Part shown: one piece after another, positions 36,643 through 49,880 of the stretch
How positions within the stretch are numbered: position 1 is the stretch's first letter
Layout of the letters: each line of letters begins with the position of its first letter
DNA from: Mobula hypostoma
Lineage: Eukaryota
Direction: 5' to 3'
Assembly: GCF_963921235.1 (NCBI RefSeq)
Contig: NC_086097.1
Location: 187,552,001 to 187,616,000 of the forward strand
DNA: 64,000 nucleotides
Notes under the pieces: generated by a model
The model's input: the letters and a program-made list of their open reading frames with translations, nothing else
Database searches by the model: none
What the model was told of the DNA's origin: nothing
Program-made: the position numbers and the translations under genes

Positions 36643-38485
36643 TAAGAAGCCACAACTGAATATTTTATCCAGTCAATGGTCAAATTCATTAGAATTACAT
36701 AAAATTAGCTGTTCATTAGAAAGGACAGAAAGAAAGACCAAATGCTGGTAACTGTTTTTGAAACTAAGCACATAAACAGTGCCAGGGAAGACAATATATA
36801 ATTAAAAATACAGAAATAGGATTTTCCAGAAGTTCCACTTAAATGTACACAGCTTGTGAATTCATGCTAAACTGTCTGGTCAGGTCATTTATTGTACATA
36901 TATTGCAGCCCATGTCAAGTCCTCACCCTGCTTTACATGTATTTTGTGCACTACCATATATGTCTGTGATGGTGACATTAAATATACACAAACCTGTGTA
37001 AGCTAATGTTTTCTAGCATCTTTGCACCAAAAACAACACTGTAATGTAATCTGGCTGCAAAATGTATGGCCATTCAATAAATTCAGGAATAGAATCTGTG
37101 AGATATTCAGAAATTCAGATAGCACCTGTGGCTTTGCATTACTAAGGTGCAACACCTCACGATTATCTGGGCTAAACTCCATCTGCCATTTCTCTGCCCA
37201 TATCTGTATTGTGTTGTCTTCTTTGCCAGTCTTCCACACTATCCACAACACCACCAATCTTGGTATCATCCGCAAACTACTTACCCACCCATCTACATTT
37301 TTATCCAGGTCATATAAATACATCATAAACAACAAAGGTCCCAGCAGAGATCCCTGCAGAATATAACTAATTACAGACCTCCAGCTTGAATAAGCCCCTT
37401 CAAATACTACCCTGTCTTCTATGCGCAAGCCAGTTCTGAATCCAAACAGCCAATTTGCTGCAGACTCCAAGCCTCCCATGAGGAACTTTGTCAAACATCT
37501 TACTGAAATCCATGTAGACAAAATCCCCTGCTCTACCTTCATCAATCTCTCTCCGCAACTTGTCATAAAACTCAAGTAAGTTGGTAAGAAGCAGCCTGTC
37601 CTGTACAAGGCCATGCTGACTCTCCGTAATTAGGCCATAGGTTTCCAAGTACTCATATCCTATCCCTAAGAATTTTCTCCAGCAATTCCTCTGCAACTGA
37701 CATGAGTCTCACCAGTCTATAGTTTTCAGAATTTTCCCTTGTTCCCTTTGTAAATAGAGGTACCTCACCTGTGCCTAGAGAGAACACGAAGATACTGGTC
37801 AAGGCCCCAGCAATCTCGTCTCTGTGGTAGGTCCCCTGAGGTCCTAGGGACTTAACCACCTTAATACTCATTAGGAGACTCAACAGTTCCTCCTCTAAAC
37901 ACTAATATATTTATGTCACTTAGCACTGATCTCCTGGTCCTCCATGTCTTTTTCCTTGATGAATACTGAAGTAAAATACTCACTAAGGACCACATTCACA
38001 TTCTCCACATCCAAGCAACCGTTCCCCTCTTTATCCTTGAGTGGTCCAACCCTCACCCTAGTTATCTTCTTGCTTTTGTTTCTGTATAAAATGCCTTGGG
38101 ATTCACCTTAATCCTACTTGCCAAGCCTTCCTGGCTTTCTTAATTCTCTCCTCAAGTTCTTTCCTGGCTTCTTTATACTCTTCATGTGCTCTGTTTGATC
38201 CTGATTCTGAAGCTTTAAATACTTTTCCTTTTTCTTCCTGACTAAATTCGTCACCTCTTTGGACATTCAAGGTTCTCTTATCTTTCCATCTCTGTCCTTC
38301 CTTCCAACAGGAACATACCTTTCCTGTACTCTGTGCAATTGATCTTTAAACTTCCTCCACATATCTAATGTGGACTTACCAGAAAAAAAGGTGTTCCCAA
38401 TTAGCTCTCCTTAGTTACTGCTTGATGCCCTCATAATTTGTCCTACTCTAAATTAGGACTTTCCTGCAAGAACCATATTATCCTT

Positions 38486-41280
38486 ATAAGACCATAAGGT
38501 ATAGGAGCCAAATTAAGCCATTTGGCCCATCGAGTTTGTTCCGCTATTTCATCATAGCTAATGCAATTTTCCTTTCAGCCCCAGTATTCTGTTTTCTCCC
38601 TGTATTCCATCATGCCCTGACCAATCAAGAATCTATCAACCTCTGCCTTAAATGTACATAAAGAATTGGCCTCCACAGCTGCCTATGGTATTGATTTCCA
38701 CAGATTCACCACTCACTGGCTTGAGAATTTCCTCCTCATCTCCATTCTAAAAGGATACCCCTCTATTCTGAAGCTGTGTCCTCTGGTCTTAGACATTCCC
38801 ACCATAGGAAACATCCTTTCGACATTCACTCTATCCAGGCCTTTCACTATTTCATAGGTATCAATTGGGTCACCACTCATTCTTTTGAATTCTAGTGAAT
38901 ACAGACACAGAGCATCAGATGTTTTTCATATGACAAGCCGTTCAATCCTGGAACCATTCTGGTAAACCTCCTTTGAATCCTGTCCAGTTTCAAAATGTCC
39001 TTTCAACGGCAAGGGCCCAAAACTGCTCACAATACCTCAAGGAAGAACTCAGCTGTGTTTTATAAAGTCTTAACATTACATCTTTGCTTTTATATTCTAG
39101 TCCTCTTGAAATGAATGCTAACATTACATTTGCCTTCTTCACACAGATTCAACCTTCAGACTAACCTATGAGGAATCCTGCGCAAGGACACCCAGGTTGT
39201 TTTGCACCTCAGTTTTTTTTATATTTTCTCTTCATTTAGAAAATAGTCTACCCTTTCATTTCTTGTACCATACACTTGACCATACACTTCCTGACATTGT
39301 ATTCCATCTGCCACTTCCTTGTCCATTCTCCTGACCTGTTTAAGTCCTTCTGTAGCCTCTCTACTTCCTTAAAACTACCTCCCCCTCCATCTATCTGTCA
39401 CAAAGGGGGGCATTGAAGGCAGGCACAAATGGAAGACACAGACACTGAAGTACTAGGAGCAGGACTTGACTAGAGTAGGGTCATGACAGGGTACAGATAA
39501 GGAGCAGGGACAAGAACGCAGACTTGGGCTAGGACATGGACAAGACAGGGAACCCGGACAAGGAACTATGCACAAGGAGCCCGGGCTTGGGCTCCGAGCC
39601 AGAGACTAGACAAGGACCCAGAACCTAGGTCTTGCCTCGGGCTCGGGCCCCAGAACCAGGCAAGGGCATGACATGAATACAGGACAGGACGTGGCAGGGG
39701 TCTAGAGGCTTGAGGCTTGAGGCTGGGGTCGGGGTCTTGGTCTTGAGGCTTGAGCTTGGAGACGGGCTGGGGTCTTGGTCTTGAGGCTTGAGCTTGGAGA
39801 CAGGCTGGGGTCTTGGCTCTTGAGGCCTGAGGCTGCGGGCTGGGAGCTAGGAATGCGGAGGCTGATAACTCGAAGGCTGGAGCTCAGAGACAGACTGGGA
39901 ACTGTACATCAACATAGAGCCAGGACTTATCCTTCAAAAAGCCAGGACTCATCTTTAACATGACACCAAAATGAGACAGGACAGTACATAGACATAGAGC
40001 CGGGACTGATCTTCAGACAAACCAGGACTCAACTTTATCTCCACACCAAGGTGGGACAGGTCCATCCGTCGAGTAACAGCAGAACGGCCAGACTTACCCA
40101 ACAGAGGCAAAGACAAGACAAGACAGGACCCCCCCCCCCCACAGGGCAATGGCAGAACAGCCTGACTTACCCCATGGAGGCAAGAACAAGACAAGACAGA
40201 TCCCCCGCAGGGCAACAGCAGAATGGCCTGACTTACCCCACAGAGGCAAGGCCAAGACAAGCAAACACCAAAGAATGACAGACAGTTCCATCTCTGCATC
40301 AGGGTTACTCCAAGTCACAGTTACGGCCAGCATCCTCAGCTGGCTACAGAAACAGCTGGATCCCTACCTAGCTCAGAGTGGCTAGTAGCCACTCAGCTGG
40401 CCCAGGAAACAGCCGAATCCATACCGCAAAGACAGCTCTGGTTACCAACAGCAAGGCTCCATGAAGCGATGGTTCTAAAGCACAGCCTAAAGATGGCAAG
40501 TGGTCACTCTAGCCTTCCACCAGCAGGTTGCTCCCGGGGGATCTTGACAAGACAAACCAGCAGCCCACACTTGACCTCAAGGCCATTTATATTCCAAGCC
40601 TCAAGTGGGAATCAAGAGCCTATGATTAACTCAACCAAAACAAGGGGCAGCTGGAAGACCCAGAGTCCTGAGTCCACGGACCGGACCGTGAACCAGAATG
40701 CAGACTTCACGGACCGGACCACGTCACTTATCTTTGTATCATCTGCAAACTTTGCAACAAAGCCATCAATCCTGTCATCCAAATCATTAACATATAACAT
40801 AAAAAGTATCTGTCCCAACACAGACCCCTGTGGAACACTACTGGTTACCGGCAGCCAACCAGAAAAGGTCCCCTTTATTCTCACTCTTTGCCTCCTGCCA
40901 ATCAGCCACTGCTTTGTCCGTGCTATAATCTTTCCAGTAATACTATGGGCTTGTAGCTTGTTAAGCAGCCTCATGCATGGCATCTTGTCAAAATCCAAAT
41001 ACACAACATCAACTTTGTCTATCCTGCTTTGTTATTTCTTCAATGAATTCTAACAGATTGGTCAGGCAAGATCTTCCCTTGAGGAAACTATACTGACTAC
41101 AGCCTATTTTATCATGTGCTTCCAAGTACTCCAAAATTACGTCCTTACCAATCAACTCCAACATCTTCCCAATCACTGAGTTCAAACTAACTGGCCTGTA
41201 ATTTCCTTAATTCTGCCTCTCTCGCTCTTGAAGAGTGGAGTGACATTTGCAATTTTCCAGTCTTCTGGAACAATAGTTTC
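38486..41280 (-). mobile_element. CR1 LINE, 5'-truncated, nested in the CR1 above
   Basis: Tail taagaccataaggtataggagc at ~38487; VTSSVPQGSVLGQILFMLYVNDLDDRIDGFVAKFADDTKI. Confidence 0.9.
39396..40726. mobile_element. LTR-like insertion (~1.33 kb) rich in internal tandem repeats
   Basis: TGTCAC...GTCA ends; imperfect TSD ctatc/cttatc; interrupts CR1 RT just after FADDTKI. Confidence 0.8.
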
Positions 41281-43259
41281 TATATCTATCCAGATAGTTC
41301 AGGAGTTATGGTCACTGCTCAGTCACCTGGCCTGGCTCCTTACCCAACACCAGGTCCAGTACAGTCACTCTTCTCATCGGACTGCCTGAATATTGATTTA
41401 AGAAACTCTCCTGTATGCACTTAGCAAATTCTGCCCCATCTAAACCCCTTGCACTAAGAAGGTCCCAGTTTATATTATGTATATAAGTTTAAATCCCCTG
41501 TGACAAATACCCTATTATTTTTACACATGTTCTTAATATGCTTACGTATCTGTTTCTCAAAGTCCTGGAGGCTAGTGGGGGGTCTGTAGTATAATCCCAT
41601 TTGTGTGATTGCACCCATCCTGTTCTTGAGTTCTACCCAAATGGACTTAGCGTCTGAACCCTCTACTATGTCTCCTCTAGGTACAGCTGTGATATTGTCC
41701 TTGATTAATAGTGCACTCCCCCTTCCTTTATACCTCTATCTTCAGTAAAACTTCAAAAACTGGTATATTAATTACCTATTCCTGCCTCTCTGTCATCCAA
41801 CTTTCAGTAATGGCTACAACACTGCAGTTCCATGTACTGATCGAAGCTCTAAGTTCATCACCCCTACTCACAGTACTCCTAGCATTAAAATATACACTCT
41901 TCAAACTATCTGTCCCATCATACACTTTATCCGATTTTGACTTTCAATACTTTCCCTGACATCTACCTTCCTATCCAATCCTTCACTTGCAGTCCTGCTG
42001 TTCCAGTTCCCAGCCCCCTGCAAGACTAGCTTCAACCCTCCTGAGTAGCATTGGCAGAACTTCCGGCTGGAATATTGGTTCCCCTCCAGTTCAGGTGTAA
42101 CATGTCCCTCTTTGTACAGGTCACCCCTTCCCCAGAAAAGGTTCCAATGATCCAAGAGCTTGAAAGCCTGCTCCCTGCATCATCTCCTCAGCCACTCACT
42201 CACCTATGCTATCATTCCATTCTTACCTGCACTAGCCTGTGGCACCTAGAGTAATCTGGAGATTACTACCTTGGATGACCTCCTCTTCAGCCTCTTTCCA
42301 ACTCCCTATACTCACTGTGCAGGACCTCTTCCCATTTTCTGTCTAGGTCATTGGTGCCAATATGCGCCACAACCTCTGGCTGTTCACCCTCTCCCTTGAG
42401 AATATTCTGCAGCTGCTCTGAGACATCTTGGACCCCAGCACCCAGGAGGAAACACATCATCCAGGTGTCCCTTTTGCAGCCGCAGAATCTCCTGCCTGTC
42501 CCCCTAACTATCAAGTCCCCTATCACTACTGCAATGCCTGACTTTACTGCTCCCTGCTGAGCCACACTGCCACTAGCCTGGCTGCTGCTGCTGTGGCCTG
42601 ATAGGTCATTTCTGTGCCCCCCTGAGCATTATCCAAAGGGGTACACTTGATGCTGAGGGGAATGGCTACAGGGGAAGCCTGCAGTGACTGCTTAGTCCCC
42701 TTACCTCTCCTGGTGGTCACCCATCTGCTGTCTGAAGCCTATACTTCAGATGTGATCACCTCTTCAAAAGTCTCTTCTATAACTTGTTCAGTTTCCCGGA
42801 TGGTGCTGAGTACATTGACTTTCAGCTCCAACTCTTTGACCCAGTTAGTCAGGAGCTGAAGTTGGGTACACTTCCCACAGATGTAGTCTGTACATCTATA
42901 GTCAGGAAAACGGTCAGGTATTCTGAATTCCCATATCTGACAGGAGAAGCCATCCATTCTGACTACACTGTACTATAAAAATGCCAAAACGTTGGCGTCA
43001 ACAGGGAAAAACACTTGCACCTTCCTCTCTGTGCCTCCGCCTGTTCTTGCCAAAGCCTGTTGAGACAAGACCTTCCCCCTCTAACACTGGTACATTCCAA
43101 TATTGGCCACTCTGCCTCACCCTGCCTTTCTTTTATTTCCTGCTGAGTTTAGCCCTCTCACACTTAGCACGCCTCAGTTGCCAATAAAAGACCAGCCTTA
43201 CCTGAAGCTTTTCCATTTATATGCTCTGTCCCAACCTTTGACGGGCCTCTGACACCAAC

Positions 43260-43475
43260 AATTACCATTTCTACACCAGGTTGAGATGCAACCAGTCAAT
43301 AATACACGTCACCGTGCATCTGTCAAAGGTTGTCAAAGATTTAGATGACATGCCAAATATTTGCAATCTTCGAAGAAACTAGAAGTGCTGCCATCCCTTC
43401 ACTGTAATGGCACTTACCTGCTGGGCCCAGGGCTAATCCTCCGAAATGATAATACCGAGGAGTTCAAAGTTGCAA
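43260..43475 (-). mobile_element. Rex1/Babar LINE internal fragment
   Basis: Homologous to 56650-56860 (FKFLG...QRLYFLR region, reversed). Confidence 0.6.
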
Positions 43476-44589
43476 CAATTACATATTATCCATTATCCAA
43501 TCTTGAGCTATTTTTACCTCTCTTACACTTTTCTATGTAAGAACAGGAAATAAAGCACTGTACTTTTACCTCTTCATTTCCCACTTACCAGGGAATAGTT
43601 CAGTTGCACAGATAGTGATTGGCGGAAGAGTGTAGAACTGGAGTGTAGAAGAAGTAGTGCTGGAAAATAAGGAATGATTTGTGGGATAGAAGAGGAAATC
43701 AGGGAATCATAAAGAAATTAATCCCTTCAAAACCCTGAAAGGTGTATGGAAGATGTGTCTGGGGATGGAGCTGTTGGAAATCGTGAATGAATATCCTTTG
43801 TTGTTATCAGAGATTTTTTTCCTTACTTTGGACATGTTACTTCTGTTTCTCATTACAGTATACAGATTTCTGCTTGATATGTTGAGTGTTCCTAATATTT
43901 TTTGCTTTTATTTCTGATTTCCAGCATTGGCAGTTTTTTTATATTTGCAAGAATAGAAATTATCTAAGAATGATAACACAGATAAGATAAAACAGTAATT
44001 TACTTGAAGATAAGTAATGTTTCTGACTTCCACAAGCCCTTTAAGTAAAACTAGTTAAAACAATTCAAGGTTCATGGTCCTTCAATTTGAGAAACACAAA
44101 TTACAGTGAAGAAAACGCTAAGGCTATGTCCATAATGCATTTTGCATCTACTTACATCAGTGTGTGTGCCTGTTGACCTCGTCATAATGCATTTCAGACA
44201 GACTGCTCACATATATTTGCAGAACTGCACTGCACGTGTTTAGCGACCAGGTTTTAGATAAAAAAAAATCCCTCAAGTAGCTTTTAAAAACATTTAACTA
44301 TGCAAGAGAATTCCAAGTGTAGACCTGCTTCCATGACCATTGAATGAAAACCTTGCCTGTAAATGCATTAAGACATTATGAGACAGAATTAGTCCAGGAA
44401 CATTCAGCTCTACAGTAATGACATTCAGTGTTTATCTTTCTCCCTTCATTCACAATCCCTGAGAGCATAGAAGCAACTAAAAAACTGTATATTTACATTA
44501 GTCTATTATAAGTTCTGTTAGAAAATATTGCTTGGAACTAAATTTGCAATATTAGTGATTCTCTTTTCATTCTATAACCTGCCAGCATT

Positions 44590-45280
44590 ATCAGGGGGTC
44601 AAAGGAAGACCACAATTCACAAACATTATATTTACTAGCATCAACAGGAGGCATCCTTCTACCAGAGTCTAAAGAACTAATTGCTTTCTTAAAAATTTGT
44701 TAAAATAGGTGTGTTTAAGAAGTCAGCTGTGTCCACCATGGTGCATTTCTCCGCTAAGATGTTGGCTGATGGCTAGAGAAGCTGTTAGCTCTTAGCTATT
44801 AATACTTGAGAATAGGTTGACCCATATCTCCATTATCCCAACTCAGAATAAGACTTCCAGCTGATTACTAGTTCAATTAGTACTATTTCTAGATATCAAC
44901 GTAAAAGTTGTCTTAGAGAAATGGCACTCCATGCTTGATGCTTGCAGTTTTTGGTCTGAAAGTGCTCTGGCAGAAAATGTGTGAAGATGTTAAGGCACTG
45001 CCAACAAGTTCCTTCAGATCTTGTGGTATTTTGTTAAATCCTTCTCTGATAAAAGCAATGAAAACTGTTAGAATATTAGTCTTATTATTAGCCTTTATTA
45101 AGATGATAAATATAGGAAGGTCTTTGAAGCCTCCCTTTGTTGACCAATTTTCTCTGATTATTGAAGTATTGCTCCTGGTAAATCTGCTAGATATATCAGT
45201 AAAGTGTAAATGCCTTATTATTTCTATATTTAGATCACTGAAACAGAGCAAGATTGTTTTAAAACATAGTATAATTCCAT
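44590..45280 (+). mobile_element. Possible ancient hAT transposase fossil
   Basis: Frameshifted peptides in hAT order: GRPQFTNIIFT/SFYQS (44604-44668), CVHHGAFLR*DV (CxxH-like, ~44728), KWHSMLDAC (RW-like, ~44919). Confidence 0.35.
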
Positions 45281-47226
45281 AATATGTTTAGGGCTGGATT
45301 AAAATGGGGATAATCAATAAAGTTGGCAGATTCAATCAATGTGTCTAATTCACCATCTGTGAATAATCTGAAAATTACTTCAATGTAACAGATAAGTAAT
45401 ATTTGTGTACATTAGGCAGATTCTTTGGAGATTTTTGCTAAGCCTTATTTTAAAAAAGCATTGTAATCAGTTTTTTAGTGCATGTTGGCTTAAGAAAAAA
45501 CAGTTTAATATTAAGAGCCTTCTCAAAGACCTAGAAATAGGCAGGTTTAATGAAAACTTGTCATAGTGGTTAATTCAGTCCGGAATCATGACAAATTTTG
45601 TGGCCTGGTCTGGCTTTCAGTGTAATGTTTCTAAAAGCAAGTTCAAAGGAAAGTGAAGTTATTTTTTTCAATGATTTGTGCTTCAAGATCCTCTTATTTT
45701 AAATGGGTTTGCTTGAATTTCAGTGAAGCAATCAGAAATTCCAGATCAAAGTACAGTACTAAATACAGTCCAAAATTTATGATGGAATTGTACTATGTTG
45801 TAAAATAATTCTGTTTTGTTTCAGTGACCTAAGTATAGACAGCCATGTCACCTATCAGATTGGTTCCAAGCTACTATTCTGTGCTTGTGTATTTTGATGC
45901 CCTCTGGTGGATAATGTTAACTGGATTTTTCTGGTCTGAGCAACAAATTTCCAACAGGGACTTGGTCAAATACTGGGTTAAGTGTTAATAATTCTTTATT
46001 TTAGCTTTAAAGAACATACATTTCTTGTTCACTATATCTGACCAACTTTGCTCAATTTCTAGCTAATAATTGAATAACTGGGATTACTATTTTTACATAA
46101 TGGTCTAAATATGGACTATAAATTCTTTGAAAATAGCTAAAAGAAATATGGAAAACTCACCTTTTGCTAATGGCAAATGTTATATTATTTTATTCTAATA
46201 CCAAATGTATTCAACACATCCCCACTAAGAAGAATAAAGTTCCATTGTATTTAAACTGTCATTACACATTATCATATTTACAATGGAAATATAAATTCTG
46301 TCATAAGTACAGTATTGCTAGGAATTGTGCGTCATACTTTTGCAGAGCCTGAGAAAATTATGTATGACACTTGAGAACTGATTTAGGCATGCCTTTGGCT
46401 TATGCATGTCTCCCGAAATATCAGAGAGAAATTATGGACATTTTTAGTATTCAGTAAAGAGATGTTCCCCTTGGCATTTAGATCAGTCTAAATGAGGCCT
46501 TTGACTATAACTTTAGCCATAACTCATTATTCCCCCCTCCCCCCATTCAATACTTCAATTGCAGGTTAATTCCGATAGTACCATTAAATGCAGACTAAAG
46601 CATGAACTAGTGATAAAGGTGTGGCTCTCCTGTTCAATTGCCCAATCCAATGACAACCTGCAAAGGCAAGTTTTTACATTGGTGTGGATTGTTAAGTGGT
46701 ACACAAAGGGATATTGATAATACTCGTATGATCACTGTTGAGAAGATTAATCTAAACCAAGAGGCTACTTGATTTTAAAGCATAAATATAGTACTTATTT
46801 ATTTTCTCAACAGTGATAATTTATTGAAAACAGGGTTGGAATCATTTTCTACATGCACCAGCCAGAATGCTGGTTATTAATTGCCCTTTTTAAAGAGGAA
46901 AACAGATAAGGCAGGTTCTTCACTTCTACTGAAGCTGAACATTAGCCTGCAACCGTATTGTGAAAAGTTTTGTTCTTCTCATTTCTACTTCACTCTCCAC
47001 TTGTGAAGGTATTTATTGTACTAATTCTAGGAACACTCCAAGGTTGAGTTTTGGCATTTTAACACTAAGAAATTTGGTATATGAGGAATCACATCCAAAC
47101 CCATGCTTGTAAATTTGTAACATTCCAAAAGGCAGTTTTGGCAATGGCAAATAACTTATCCATCCATGCTATGTAATCTTATATTTAGGCAAGATCAGGA
47201 AGGTAGCAGCCCTTGACAATGCAGCA

Positions 47227-48142
47227 ATGTGTGGCTAGGCATAGCTCAAATACCATCTATAAATTTGCTGATGATACAACCATTGCTGGTAGAATCTCAG
47301 ATGATGATGAGAGGGCATACAGGAGCGAGATATGCCAACTAGTGGAGTGGTGTCGCAACAACAACCTGGCACTCAAAGTCAGTAAGACGAGAGAGCTGAT
47401 TGTGGAATTCAGGAGGGGTAAGACGAAGGGAAACATACCAATCCTCATAGAGGGATCAGAAGTGGAGAGAGTGAGCAGTTTCAAGTTCCTGGGTGCCAAG
47501 ATCTCTGAGGACCTAACCTGGTACGAACATATTGATGCAGTTATAAAGAAGGCATGACAGTGACTATACTTCGTTAGGAGTTTGAAAGGATTTGGTATGT
47601 CAACAGATACAATCAAGAACTTCTATAGATGTACCGTAGAGAGCATTCTGACAGGCTGTATCACTGTTTGGTATGGGGGGGGGAGGGTGATCAACTGCAC
47701 AGGACCGAAAGAAGCTACAAATTTATTTGTAAATTTAGTCAGCTCCATCTTGGGTACTGAACTACAAAGTACCCAGGACACCTTCAAGGAGCAGTGTCTC
47801 AGAAAGCCAGTGTCCATTATTAAGGATCTCCAGCACCCAGGGCAAGCCCTTTTCTCACTGTTACCATCAGGTAGGAGGTACAGAAGCCTGAAGGAAAACA
47901 CTCAGTGATTCAGGAACAGCTTCTTCCCCTCTGCCATCCAATTCCTAACACCACCTCACTTTTTTAATATATGTTATTTCTGTTTTTGCATGATTTTAAT
48001 CTATTCGATATACGTATACTGTAATTGATTTACTTATTTTTTTCTTCTTCTATATTATGCATTGCATTAAACTGCTGCTGCTAAGTTAACAAATTTCACG
48101 ACACATGCCAGTGATAATAAACCTGATTCTGACTCTGATTCT
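47227..48142 (+). mobile_element. Rex1/Babar LINE, 5'-truncated
   Basis: CVARHSSNTIYKFADDTTIAGRISDDDERAYRSEI...VERVSSFKFLG; AATAAA then GATTCT-type tail. Confidence 0.92.
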
Positions 48143-48974
48143 TTCAGGTGGGCATTAGACCAATTTTATGTTCAAGCCCATGAAATTAGATTAGGATCAA
48201 CAAATTTATGATTCAGAGGAAGGAATTCTATTCCTTACCTAGGGATTGAAACTATCAAAGATGATAAATGTAAGAATGCACCAGGAGATAAGCATAAAAC
48301 TAATATCAAATGGCCTTATGGATTTAGATGTTACATTGATCTATCAAAATAACTATTCAAAGAATTCTGAGCCAAAAGTTTGAATATCATAGGGCTACCA
48401 ATGTTATTAAAATCACCCCTTAATCTATCCATTTCCTTTTATGAGATGTAGCTAACTTTATTTGGATTTAATTAATCAAAATAGCACAACTTTTATAAGA
48501 AGTATCATAACTATTCTATTCCCTGTTTAATATACTGCTAGCTAGATATTGGAAGTGCTGCACCTATTCATTATTCAGAATCAAATACTTGTGTCATATA
48601 ACACAACAGATGAATATTCAGGATAACGAAATTAAAGAAATTAAATACTTAGAATTTCTTCAAGGATCTGGGAAGATTGTGGTATACAGATATTATCAAA
48701 ACTATTTGGTTTTATTAAAAAAAATACAGATTATGTATTTAAACAAAAGTAGTTCCAAATATTTAAAACAATATGAGTTATTTGTCCAAGAATGTTGAGA
48801 TGGTTTAGCTGATTAGTGTGACTAGCTGAGCAACATATATCCATAGGGTCAAGCATAAATCCCGATGGTGACAAAGAAACAAATTAATTAAGTTGCAGAC
48901 AGGGTAGAGAAGTATGGATGGAATAAAAGGAATCACAGCTGGATGTAAGTGAAAGAAACTTGTTTCTTTCAATG

Positions 48975-49880
48975 GGACTCTAGCACCAAACACATCGATA
49001 CCCCTCCCCAACTCTCTGCTTTCTTCAGGGATTGATCCCTTCATGTTCCCCTTGTCCAGTCATCCCTCCCCAATGATCTCCCTCCTGGTACTTATCCCAG
49101 CAAGCAAAAGAAGTGCTACACCTGCCCCATTAGCCTCCTTCCTCTCCTCCATTCAGGGCCCCAAACTGTCCTTCCAAGTGAGGCCTCAGAATCTAATGAG
49201 ATTGTCTACTGTATTTGGTATTTTAGATGAGGCCTCCTCTACACTGGTGAGTCCTGTCGAAGAATGGTGGACCGTTTTGTCGAGTTCCTTCGCTCAATCT
49301 GCAAAAAGCAAGGTTTCCCAACCATTCTAATTCCATTTCACATTTCTGACAAGTTGGTCCATGGCCTCCTCTTCCACCATGACAAGGGCATTCTCAGGCT
49401 GGAGGAACGACATCCGATATTCCGTCTAGGTAGCCTCCAACCTGATGTCATGAACATCGATGTCTCCAACTTGTGGTGATTTATTTCCCCCTCTCTCTTC
49501 CCTCTTCTTCACTTTCCCACACTGGCCTCTTATCTCTTCTCTTCACCTGCCTATCACCACCCCCTGGTGCCATTTTCTTTCCTGTTCTCCCATGGTCCAT
49601 CCTCCTCTCTTATCAGATTAATTCTTCTCAAGCCCTTTACCTTTTCTACCTAGCATCTCCCAGCTTCATACTTTATCCTCCTCCCCCACCCTACTGGCTT
49701 CACCACACCTTCTAGCTTGTATTTGTTCCCCTCTCCCCCATATTCTTATTCTGGCATCTTCCACTATCCTTTCCAGTCCCGATGAAGGGTCTTGGCCCAA
49801 AACATCAACTGTTTATTCCTTCCGACAGATGCTGTCTGACCTGCAAATCTCCTCCAGCAACTTGTGTGTGTGGCTCTGGA
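48975..49880 (+). mobile_element. Penelope-like element 3' part (endonuclease remnant, pyrimidine-rich UTR, pLTR with degenerate hammerhead)
   Basis: DRFVEFLRSI...LRLEERHPIFRLGSLQPDVMNID; cagtcccgatgaagggtcttggcccaaaacatcaactg at ~49774. Confidence 0.85.

Larger units (their letters stand above)
37130..43230 (-). mobile_element. CR1 LINE with 5'UTR, ORF1 and ORF2 (3' end missing); hosts a second CR1
   Basis: ORF1 zinc finger SCQIWEFR...YICGKCTQLQLL and esterase AVVIGDLIVRG...GEQPEVVAHIGTND; RT YMDFSKMFDKVPHGRL, QGSLLGPLLF, WAEKWQMEF. Confidence 0.85.

Noticed and set aside
37003..37614. 203-aa ORF as a host gene
   Set aside because: Frameshifted CR1 RT running into flanking DNA.
40071..40262. 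Repeat-spacer-like array
   Set aside because: Whole units are duplicated, separated only by C-rich linkers; ordinary tandem repeat inside an LTR-like element.
40469..41053. 194-aa ORF as a host gene
   Set aside because: Antisense of CR1 RT fused to LTR sequence.
47000..48600. Very old L1/Tx1-like remnant flanking the Rex copy
   Set aside because: Only vague peptide resemblance; not supportable without a profile search.
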